From contig NZ_JHXR01000020.1 of NCBI RefSeq assembly GCF_000621645.1, positions 30,001-62,000 of the forward strand: 32,000 nucleotides of DNA, given 5' to 3'. The translations under genes and the position numbers were made by a program. Shown here piece by piece: positions 17,439 to 24,456 of this stretch (its first letter is position 1; each line of letters opens with the position of its first letter). This DNA is from Vibrio cholerae ATCC 14035 (GTDB lineage Bacteria > Pseudomonadota > Gammaproteobacteria > Enterobacterales > Vibrionaceae). The notes beneath the pieces were generated by a model. That model did not search any database, had not been told where the DNA came from, and saw nothing but the letters and a program-made list of their open reading frames with translations.

Positions 17439-17534
17439 ATGTTAAGCCGAGATTGGTTCGATACATTAGTGGTAGTGGCTTGGGTGGGGATATGGTCCGC
17501 CCTTATCTATCTATTGCCGTTTGCGGGAGTGTAA
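17439..17534 (+). CDS. Unannotated small ORF encoding a 31-aa single-TM hydrophobic peptide (MLSRDWFDTLVVVAWVGIWSALIYLLPFAGV)
   Basis: It is below the ORF-track length cut-off. A very strong SD (GGGGAGGGAGAA) ends 4-5 nt before the ATG. Its own terminator follows at 17579-17607. Coding status is inferred from these signals only. Confidence 0.45.
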   Translation: MLSRDWFDTLVVVAWVGIWSALIYLLPFAGV

Positions 17535-17578
17535 TCATTACGCAATGGTGTATAGAAAAATGGTAAGCCGAACGTGAA

Positions 17579-17607
17579 GGAGTCATTGAATATGGCTCCT
17601 TTTTTTG
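17579..17607 (+). terminator. Rho-independent terminator after the 31-aa ORF
   Basis: Hairpin GGAGTC-attgaatat-GGCTCC (one mismatch) followed by 8 T. Confidence 0.6.
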
Positions 17608-17610
17608 TAC

Positions 17611-17639
17611 TAGACACGGTCAAACCACAGGCATAAAAT
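17611..17639 (+). promoter_or_regulatory. Candidate sigma-70 promoter for the riboswitch-alx transcript
   Basis: TAGACA, a 17-nt spacer, then TAAAAT. The predicted start falls about 7 nt downstream, just 5' of the GGGGAGTAG riboswitch core. Confidence 0.45.
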
Positions 17640-17647
17640 GGCGACGT

Positions 17648-17847
17648 TTTGGGGAGTAGTCGCCTTAGGTTTATTTGTCGTCATCTCGTTGAGTTTGACT
17701 CAACCGGCAAATATAAGCTCTGAATTCAAGTTCAACGCTTCGACGAGACCAACGCATTCAATACTGCATTTGTTGCAGGAATCATTGGTATGCGGAAGGT
17801 CTTGAGGTCTGGCGACCAAGCAAGATCTTCCGTTTTCGGAGGAAAAT
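17648..17847 (+). promoter_or_regulatory. yybP-ykoY (Mn2+-sensing) riboswitch leader of the TerC/Alx gene
   Basis: The conserved blocks appear in the correct order: GGGGAGTAG (17651-17659); GTCGTCATCTCGTTGAGTTTGACTCAACCGGC (compare L. lactis GUCGUCAAUUCGUGAGGAAACUCACCGGC); and AGCAAGATCTTCC (17819-17831; compare AGCAAGACCUUUCC). The SD GGAGG lies in the 3' arm of hairpin TCTTCCG-tttt-CGGAGGA (17826-17843). Confidence 0.8.
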
Positions 17848-18804
17848 ATGTCCCCAATCACTTATCTTGGCTTTGGCCTACTTACCTTAACTCTTGTAGC
17901 CGTTGATCTCTGGCAAACCCGTAGTGGGAATGTCACGATCAAAAAAGCGGCCATCTGGAGCATCGTCTGGTTTCTTCTCGCGTTTGTCTTTGCGATTAGC
18001 CTTTATTACGGCTGGCAATGGTACGCCCCTCACAGCAGCTACAGTGCCGAGAAAGCCACTCTTTCTTTTATTACCGGCTATTTGCTCGAAAAGTCGTTAA
18101 GTGTCGATAACTTGTTCGTGTTTGCGATTATTTTTCATCAATATTCAGTGCCAGAGCACTTACGCCCACGAGCTTTACTTTGGGGGGTGATCGGCGCGCT
18201 GGTTTTACGTGCGATCATGATTGCCGTGGGGGCGCAGCTGCTCAGTCAATATCACTGGATCTTATACGTGTTTGCTCTGTTTCTGATTTGGACAGGGATC
18301 CAATTGGCGCGCGATAAAGGTGAAGGGTCGATTAACCCACTGCCTGAACGTTTGATTCGTCGTTGCTTCAATGTGACGAAAGAGTATCAAGGCAATGCAT
18401 TGATCTGTAAGCAGCAAGGGCAGTGGTGGGTAACTCCGATGTTTATTGTGATTGGCGTCATTGCGTTTATGGATGTGATGTTTGCTTTAGATTCGATTCC
18501 TGCGATTTTTGCCGTGACCCAAGAGCCATTTTTAGTGCTGGCAGCGAACGTGTTTGCTTTATTGGGGCTGCGCTCTCTGTATTTTGTACTTCAAGGCATG
18601 ATGGATAAATTTTTCTATCTTAAACCGGCTTTGGCTTTCATTATGATGTTTATCGGGGTGAAGATGATGTTAGTTGATTCAGCTTGGGCAATTCCAACGC
18701 CGATCTCACTCTGCGTGCTACTGGTGACCATGAGCACGGCGGTGATCGCGTCTGTACTCCGTGAGCGTTCTCAATCCAAACCCATCGCAGAGAAAGTCTC
18801 TTAA
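17848..18804 (+). CDS. alx: TerC-family integral membrane protein (Alx-like, putative Mn2+/redox-linked exporter)
   Basis: 318 aa and polytopic. TerC signatures EKSLSVDNLFVFAIIF and MFALDSIPAIFAVTQEPFLVLAANVFALLGLRSLYF. It is preceded by a yybP-ykoY leader, as E. coli alx is. Confidence 0.9.
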   Translation: MSPITYLGFGLLTLTLVAVDLWQTRSGNVTIKKAAIWSIVWFLLAFVFAISLYYGWQWYAPHSSYSAEKATLSFITGYLLEKSLSVDNLFVFAIIFHQYSVPEHLRPRALLWGVIGALVLRAIMIAVGAQLLSQYHWILYVFALFLIWTGIQLARDKGEGSINPLPERLIRRCFNVTKEYQGNALICKQQGQWWVTPMFIVIGVIAFMDVMFALDSIPAIFAVTQEPFLVLAANVFALLGLRSLYFVLQGMMDKFFYLKPALAFIMMFIGVKMMLVDSAWAIPTPISLCVLLVTMSTAVIASVLRERSQSKPIAEKVS

Positions 18805-19107
18805 ATTTCAAATGTTATCTCCCTGTGCCTCGTTGTTGAGTAGAGTCATGGGGAGATAAAAATATTTTTAGTAAATAAGTTGTTAAAGTTTTTTGTGTTG
18901 TAAAAAATGGCGTAATAGTTATGCGTGAAAGGCGCTTAAAGTTTGAACTTTTTCGTGACTTGTTGAATATCTAAATGGCAGCATGTTAATGCATTGTTTC
19001 ATTAGTTTTAGTAATCCAAACCGTCAAAATTAGTCATTTTCTAACCAGATGTGCATTGACTAATATTCACCTCAACAAAGTAAGTTACCGATTCAAGAGA
19101 GGCTATC

Positions 19108-19296
19108 ATGGCTCAGGCAATGCAAATGGGAACAATGACAGTCCCAACCTCTAAGGATAAAAAAACCTACGCGGTTAACTTCAAAGGATTGATTGCTCAT
19201 CTGTTTGACATTCTGTTTGTAGATAATGCGCCACGTCATTACTACGCGACTGAAATGTCAGCACACATCCAAAAAGATGTGGGTTTATACCGTTAA
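19108..19296 (+). CDS. Small protein (62 aa), DUF1127-like C-terminus
   Basis: SD AGAGAGG upstream and a strong terminator immediately downstream. The C-terminal ...HIQKDVGLYR resembles the L-x-D-I-G-L-x-R ending typical of DUF1127 proteins. The family call is tentative. Confidence 0.6.
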   Translation: MAQAMQMGTMTVPTSKDKKTYAVNFKGLIAHLFDILFVDNAPRHYYATEMSAHIQKDVGLYR

Positions 19297-19302
19297 GCGT
19301 AA

Positions 19303-19328
19303 ATAGAGTTTAAAAAGTCGGCATTTGC
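19303..19328 (+). terminator. Rho-independent terminator of the 62-aa gene
   Basis: AAAAGTCGGCA-ttt-GCCGACTTTTTT. Confidence 0.85.
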
Positions 19329-19381
19329 CGACTTTTTTGTTTCTTGAAGGGCGTATTTGCTACGAATATGCTTCAAATAAG

Positions 19382-19404
19382 AAAAAGCGCCTAAAGCGCT
19401 TTTT
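19382..19404. terminator. Bidirectional terminator hairpin (serves phnA on the minus strand)
   Basis: AAAAAGCGC-ctaaa-GCGCTTTTT. A and T runs on both sides let it work in either orientation. Confidence 0.75.
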
Positions 19405-19445
19405 CTTTATTATCTTAATTAAGCTTTCACTCGCTCAATCATCGA

Positions 19446-20012
19446 TTACTTTTTACGGCAATACTCAGCAATGATGTACATGGTTTGGCCGTTCACCTTA
19501 CCTTGAATGTGCTTTGGATCTTCGGTTAACGCGATACCGCGTACTGCAGTACCTTGTTTGATAACCATGCTTGAGCCTTTCACTGGTAGATCCTTGATGA
19601 CGGTGACATCGTCACCTTTTTTCAGCTCAACACCATTTACATCGCGTGGTTTTTCCGCATCATCGTCCATGCCAATTTCTGCCCACTTAGCGGTCTCTTC
19701 ATCAAGATACATCATATCCAGCAGATCACGAGCCCAGCCTTCCGTTTCAGAAATACGTTTCAGTTGGCGCCATGCGACAACCTGAACAGGTTGAACTTGG
19801 CTCCACATACTGTCATTCAGACAACGCCAATGGTTCATATCCACCGTTTCTGGGTTTTCGATTTGTCCTTTACAGGTGTCACACAGCATCACTGCGTGAT
19901 CGACAGTGACGAGGGCATGCGGAGCAACCACAAAAGGAGAAAGAGGAGCAGAGGCCGCGCATAGCTCGCATTGTGATTGACAGCGTTCAAGTAAAGTTGC
20001 TTCAGTAGACAT
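19446..20012 (-). CDS. phnA: PhnA/YjdM-family zinc-ribbon protein
   Basis: I prefer ATG 20012 (SD GGTGG 6 nt upstream) over the track GTG at 20021. N-terminal zinc ribbon (CQSQCELC...CDTC). The C-terminal PhnA domain is DVNGVELKKGDDVTVIKDLPVKGSSMVIKQGTAVRGIALTEDPKHIQGKVNGQTMYIIAEY. Confidence 0.85.
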   Translation of the reverse strand: MSTEATLLERCQSQCELCAASAPLSPFVVAPHALVTVDHAVMLCDTCKGQIENPETVDMNHWRCLNDSMWSQVQPVQVVAWRQLKRISETEGWARDLLDMMYLDEETAKWAEIGMDDDAEKPRDVNGVELKKGDDVTVIKDLPVKGSSMVIKQGTAVRGIALTEDPKHIQGKVNGQTMYIIAEYCRKK

Positions 20013-20258
20013 AGTACCCACCTTGTAAATAAATGTAAGCGCGTATTATCCATTTTAAACTCAGAATTTAAAGGGATATTCGGTAATTTCAGGCAAAACA
20101 CCGCTTTTCTGCGCCAATCACTTGGCTCAAAAAGAGTAAATTTCTGCTTCTTCTCAAGGCATTCGGTATAATGCGGCATCATTTTTTGACGACTGGATTG
20201 AGCTTTGGAACTGCTTTGCATTGATTATTTAGGTAAGCCACTAAGACTTGAAGGGACG

Positions 20259-21287
20259 ATGTCGGGTTGGCAGCAACTGTTTTGGGACAACATTTTGGTT
20301 GCTCAGCGCCCAGCACAAGAACAGTATGAAGGGGATATTCAACACCATTTCCAACTGACTCAAGGGGAGCATGTGTTGGAGTGTTGTCTCGAGATCGCAC
20401 TGACTTGGCAACCGTTTCAGTTACAGTACCAAACCAAACTCAACGGTGAGCTTGTGGCGCAAGGCATGCGCAGTGAAAAGGATGTTGAACGCCAAACACC
20501 GTATGAGGCCCCTAAGGTAGAACGTCGATTCAGTGTTATCGGCCTTGTCTCTTTAGCGATGAAAGCACTCAAAAGTGCCAAAATGATCAAAGTGGTCATG
20601 GCATCGGCCAGTTTGGCCGCCTACTCTTGGCTTTTTTCGTTTCAATTTGCGCTCGCCCTGATCGGCTGTTTGGTTTTCCATGAGTATGGCCATGTTAGAG
20701 CCATGAAATATTTTGGCATGAAAACCAAAGGCATCTATCTAGTGCCATTCCTTGGTGGACTCGCCCTCAGCGATGAAAAGATCAATACCCGTTGGCAAGA
20801 CGTGGTGATTTCGATCATGGGACCGTGTTTTGGTTTCCTATTGTCCTTGTTGCTCGTTGGGGTGTACTGGGTGACGGATTCGCCTTTCTGGGCAGCGCTG
20901 GCAGTATTTAATGCGTTTCTTAATTTGTTTAATTTATTGCCTGTTTTACCGCTGGATGGCGGGCACATTCTCAAAAGCGTGAGCTTTTCGATGAACAGTA
21001 AAATGGGGGTAATCCTCTGTGTGCTCGCGATTCTTGGTGGGATTGCGTTAAGTTACAGCTTGGGCTTAACCCTGTTTGGGTTCTTACTTTTGATGGGCGC
21101 ACTAGATATTGTTTTTGAGTGGCGTCAGCGCCATCACAGCCATTTGTTACCTCTCAATCGTTATGCACAAATGGTGTCCACCGTCTGGTACTTTGCTCTA
21201 GTCAGTGGATTGATTGCCATCATCATAGGTTTTGCTTCGACAGGAGATACGTTGCTAAGCCTGCCGTTGTTGATTCTGGGCACATAA
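20259..21287 (+). CDS. M50-family (site-2 protease type) intramembrane zinc metalloprotease with an N-terminal ~110-aa soluble extension
   Basis: HExxH in LVFHEYGHVRAM and the second S2P motif in FNLFNLLPVLPLDGGH, with multiple TM segments. I prefer ATG 20259 (SD GAAGGGA upstream, MSGWQQLFWD...) over the track TTG start at 20205. Confidence 0.8.
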   Translation: MSGWQQLFWDNILVAQRPAQEQYEGDIQHHFQLTQGEHVLECCLEIALTWQPFQLQYQTKLNGELVAQGMRSEKDVERQTPYEAPKVERRFSVIGLVSLAMKALKSAKMIKVVMASASLAAYSWLFSFQFALALIGCLVFHEYGHVRAMKYFGMKTKGIYLVPFLGGLALSDEKINTRWQDVVISIMGPCFGFLLSLLLVGVYWVTDSPFWAALAVFNAFLNLFNLLPVLPLDGGHILKSVSFSMNSKMGVILCVLAILGGIALSYSLGLTLFGFLLLMGALDIVFEWRQRHHSHLLPLNRYAQMVSTVWYFALVSGLIAIIIGFASTGDTLLSLPLLILGT

Positions 21288-21294
21288 TTAAAAG

Positions 21295-21321
21295 GAAGCC
21301 GAATGATTCACGTTCGGCTTC
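21295..21321. terminator. Shared hairpin between the convergent M50 gene and the 61-aa gene
   Basis: GAAGCCGAA-tgattcacg-TTCGGCTTC. A T-rich tract follows only on the minus-strand reading. Confidence 0.55.
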
Positions 21322-21347
21322 ATTAACTGTCTATTAGCTATTAGGCA

Positions 21348-21533
21348 TCAACGCCAGTCACTATCCCAGTAATCTCGTCCTTCAGGAGCGTAAGGCTCAT
21401 CAGACCAAGGCTGCGCTTTACCGCGTAGCTGCTCCAATTGCTGTTCGAGTAAGTTGACCGTTGCCAAATCTCCTTCTGAGCAAGCCACATAAATTTCTTG
21501 CTCAATGGCTTCGATGCGATCACGAATGTTCAT
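21348..21533 (-). CDS. Hypothetical small protein (61 aa), coiled-coil-like N-terminus and acidic, Trp-rich C-terminus
   Basis: ATG 21533 has a perfect SD (AGGAGG, 7 nt spacing): MNIRDRIEAIEQEIYVACSEGDLATVNLLEQQLEQLRGKAQPWSDEPYAPEGRDYWDSDWR. The track start at 21578 has no SD. Confidence 0.6.
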   Translation of the reverse strand: MNIRDRIEAIEQEIYVACSEGDLATVNLLEQQLEQLRGKAQPWSDEPYAPEGRDYWDSDWR

Positions 21534-21706
21534 CCAATACCTCCTGTGATGGCTCTCTGCATAGTGCATGTCAAACATTAGGACAACACAATAATGGATT
21601 CTATCCCATCTAGGACAAGTTTAGCCTATCCCCTTTATTTCATAGCACGCGGCCAGAGTAAAAATGAATAGCACTGCTTGACACGTATGGATGTGTACAA
21701 AGGATT

Positions 21707-21734
21707 CCCCTTAAGAAAATTTTTTCTTAAGGGG
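21707..21734. terminator. Perfect 13-bp palindromic hairpin just downstream of cti
   Basis: CCCCTTAAGAAAA-tt-TTTTCTTAAGGGG, 12 nt after the cti stop on the minus strand. Confidence 0.65.
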
Positions 21735-21745
21735 AAGAACTTGGT

Positions 21746-24103
21746 TCAACGGTTTTCGAAACGGTTGTAATCGAGCAAACCAAACTCAATGGGTTGATCT
21801 TGGCGATACCATTGATGCACAAGATCGCTAAATGCCCAAAATTCGGGTGAGCTGCGGCGTACTGCAAAACGATCCAATAGGGCGACATAATCTTGCTCTG
21901 ACTTCATCGCCACTAGGCGTTGATACAGCTCCGGGATCTGGTTTTCTTTCAGTGTTAAGTACGCCGATGGATAACTGCCGACCACTCCGCGCACTAAAGT
22001 CAAATTATCATTTTTGGGGTCGCGGTTGTTCTGTTCATCAAACAAGCTCGAGATATTGGTGTGGGCATTGTTGTGAATGAGAGTAAACAGTTGCGGTTTA
22101 CCTTGTTCACTTTCAATCATCAACATCATCAATTGTGGAATGGGCAGCAAACCTTCACCACGCAGATGATCTATCTGGCGCAAAGCAAACTCATGTTCGG
22201 CTTTGAATCCCGTTTGAGTTATCACGTATCGATCACTCAATACCGACTGTACTTGCTTGCGGAGTTTAGCAAACAGCTCCTGTTTCGGGTTATCAGTCAC
22301 ATAGTTAACGCTGGTTGGCTGATCAAAGGGTTTTACGTTACGTTGCAAGAAATCGGAAAACTGTACACTTTGATTTTGGTACCAACTAGATAACTCCTGA
22401 TGGCGCATATCGCGTGGTAGCAGGGCAACAAAATTACTCTCACCCTCCATGCGCAGAAAATCCATGAACATACGAGTAATCAACTGATGTCCGAAATTGC
22501 CATATACATCAAAACCAGCAACAAGCAGATAATGAATGCGCTCAAGCAGCGCATAATCCATTATCCAAGCGGTTTTGGGAGGCTCACCCACCAATCCTTG
22601 CACGACAGATGCGCTATCGAAATGGCGGAAAATCGTTAATGCGGCATTAGGGTTTGTGCCCGCTCCATCCCAAATAATGTCCGTGGTAAGGTGCGTACCA
22701 TTTTTAAACCATTGATTAATAAATTCAGATTTTGCTTCGAGATAACGGCTTTGTTGTAGCGAATAACGTACCCAGTTACTCAGCGGCAGTGCCGTATTCT
22801 CTTGTTCAGCCGGTAGCTTCAAATTGTCGACTTGTGAGCGATAGAATTCGTTGACTTCTGGAAGATCGGCTTTCTCAGGATCGAGGAAGAAGACCCAGAA
22901 TCTATCGTTAATCACATTCAGCGCCAACTGGCCTCGACACACTGGGCCTTTGATAAAGGCCATCACCGTATTTTGCGCATTATCGAGCAAAAACTTAAAG
23001 CGCGCTTTAACGGGAAGGTCGATGAACGCGGACATCGGGTTTGCGGCAATATCCGGACGATAACTTGGAAGCTCGGCAACCTCATAATCCGCATCAATAA
23101 ACCAGAGTTTCCAGTTCGCAATCCGTTGTTTGTGGAGTGCGAAAGGCATGTGGGTTTTATCGACAATCGTCTCTTGTTCTGGCACAAGGCGATAATAGAC
23201 TCGCTCAACGCCCGAATCATCGTACGGACGACGCGTCACGATTCGCTTTACAGGCTCACCCGGTGGAGTACTGGAGCGGATGAGTTTAAAGAAACGAGGC
23301 CGCTCCTGCGCTATTTCTGAAAAGTACAGATGTGAGAGGAATAGATGCTCGTAGATATAGCGTGCTGCGAGCTGATTTTTACGCGAGCTGTGATTCAACA
23401 AGGCTTCGTATTCCGTAACCAAAGCTTGTTCTTGCGCACTCAGCGGGAGCGCTTGATTCATCACTGCTCCCTCTTGTAGCCAAGAGAGCAGGGTAGCGTA
23501 CTCCTTGGGGGATAAATTCGGCATACCAAAGGGCATTCCCCAATTAGGATTCACTTGTTCGAAGTGATCCATTTCGTTGATCGTTGGGCAGGTTTGCTCA
23601 CGATCAATTGAAAAATCAAATCCTTGTAACTGATCTTGCTGTGGTAGTGGATGACGCTCTTTCTGCATCAGCAAACGTGCCATCACCCCAGCATCAAGAT
23701 TGGCTTGCGCGGTTTGATCTCGCTCATTCAGCACGGGATGAAAACCAGCAGCTCGCCATTCTTGGGTTAACTGAGCATCTTCGTAGAGACGAGTTGGAGT
23801 AGCGGCCGTCAGCCGAGTTCCCTGATAAACCAACGCTTTGCTCGCCCCGCGATCAATGCCTTCAGCCGAGGTCATTTTGAGCTGACAGGGGGCATCGTAA
23901 CAGGCGTGACAGACGACACATCGGTTATCTAAGATGGGTTTTACTTCGTTTAAAAAATGCTGAGCTTGGCTAGAGTGCAAAGGCAATTGTCGCTCACGTA
24001 CCTGCTCTGTGCCAAAGAGCTGATCATAGTTGATGCCTGCGTACATAGCGCAACCGGAGAAAATCGTGGCCAGCAGCAACAGAATCGAAGATTTGAAATT
24101 CAT
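21746..24103 (-). CDS. cti: Fatty acid cis/trans isomerase (Cti), periplasmic haem c-type enzyme
   Basis: About 785 aa. It has the CxxCH haem-binding motif (NRCVVCHACYDAPCQLKM) near the N-terminus, as in Pseudomonas/Vibrio Cti, and reads as this family over the whole length. I prefer ATG 24103 (MNFKSSILLLLATIFSGCAMYAG, signal peptide with lipobox-like FSGC) over the track GTG at 24169. The start is uncertain because neither has a clear SD. Confidence 0.85.
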   Translation of the reverse strand: MNFKSSILLLLATIFSGCAMYAGINYDQLFGTEQVRERQLPLHSSQAQHFLNEVKPILDNRCVVCHACYDAPCQLKMTSAEGIDRGASKALVYQGTRLTAATPTRLYEDAQLTQEWRAAGFHPVLNERDQTAQANLDAGVMARLLMQKERHPLPQQDQLQGFDFSIDREQTCPTINEMDHFEQVNPNWGMPFGMPNLSPKEYATLLSWLQEGAVMNQALPLSAQEQALVTEYEALLNHSSRKNQLAARYIYEHLFLSHLYFSEIAQERPRFFKLIRSSTPPGEPVKRIVTRRPYDDSGVERVYYRLVPEQETIVDKTHMPFALHKQRIANWKLWFIDADYEVAELPSYRPDIAANPMSAFIDLPVKARFKFLLDNAQNTVMAFIKGPVCRGQLALNVINDRFWVFFLDPEKADLPEVNEFYRSQVDNLKLPAEQENTALPLSNWVRYSLQQSRYLEAKSEFINQWFKNGTHLTTDIIWDGAGTNPNAALTIFRHFDSASVVQGLVGEPPKTAWIMDYALLERIHYLLVAGFDVYGNFGHQLITRMFMDFLRMEGESNFVALLPRDMRHQELSSWYQNQSVQFSDFLQRNVKPFDQPTSVNYVTDNPKQELFAKLRKQVQSVLSDRYVITQTGFKAEHEFALRQIDHLRGEGLLPIPQLMMLMIESEQGKPQLFTLIHNNAHTNISSLFDEQNNRDPKNDNLTLVRGVVGSYPSAYLTLKENQIPELYQRLVAMKSEQDYVALLDRFAVRRSSPEFWAFSDLVHQWYRQDQPIEFGLLDYNRFENR

Positions 24104-24207
24104 AATGACAAAATTCAAGAAGAGAATGGGTGAATTAAAGCAAAGGAAGAGGGGAGATGTCCAACTCACGGTGCACTTTCATTCCGCTTGCTTTAAAGAA
24201 ACAAGTG

Positions 24208-24403
24208 TATACCCAAACCACTTGGAGTTGCAGGTAGCGGCAAGTGAGTGACAAATTTGTCTGGAACAAATTTGCACAGCCATCGGCTGGCCTTTGGTGA
24301 GAGCCAAGGATGGCTCTCATAATCCCCATGAGCATAAATAGACTATGTGATTGGGGTGAACGAACGTAGCCAACACCGCTGCGCTTCAAGTCGGAAGGGG
24401 ATA
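24208..24403. repeat. ERIC/IRU (enterobacterial repetitive intergenic consensus) element carrying a ~70-bp internal insertion
   Basis: Left arm GAGTTGCAGGTAGCGGCAAGTGAGTGA. Core and right arm ATCCCCATGAGCATAAATAGACTATGTGATTGGGGTGAACGAACGTAGCCAACACCGCTGCGCTTCAAGTCGGAAGGGGATA. Both match the ERIC consensus as I recall it (...GAGTTGCAGGAAGGCGGCAAGCGAGTGAATCCCCAGGAGCTTACATAAGTAAGTGACTGGGGTGAGCGAGCGCAGCCAACAC...CTTGAAG...). Positions 24252-24321 interrupt the element between GAGTGA and ATCCCCA. Confidence 0.65.
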
Positions 24404-24410
24404 GAAATGC

Positions 24411-24437
24411 AAATAGCCTGACTGGGTCAGGCTATTT
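24411..24437 (-). terminator. 12-bp stem hairpin downstream of the MFS transporter gene
   Basis: AAATAGCCTGAC-tgg-GTCAGGCTATTT, 20 nt after the stop at 24457. The T-tract is only moderate, so it may terminate partially. Confidence 0.55.
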
Positions 24438-24456
24438 ATACACAAGCTTACGCTGC

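Noticed and set aside
20205-24169. Longer N-terminal extensions given by the ORF track for several genes (20205, 21578, 24169; likewise 6173, 7613, 12917, 20021, 26100, 26924, 30271)
   Set aside because: The extensions begin at GTG or TTG codons without SD sequences and add non-conserved residues ahead of well-placed ATG starts or signal peptides. The internal starts given in the features list are preferred. DedA, EAL and Cti starts remain uncertain.
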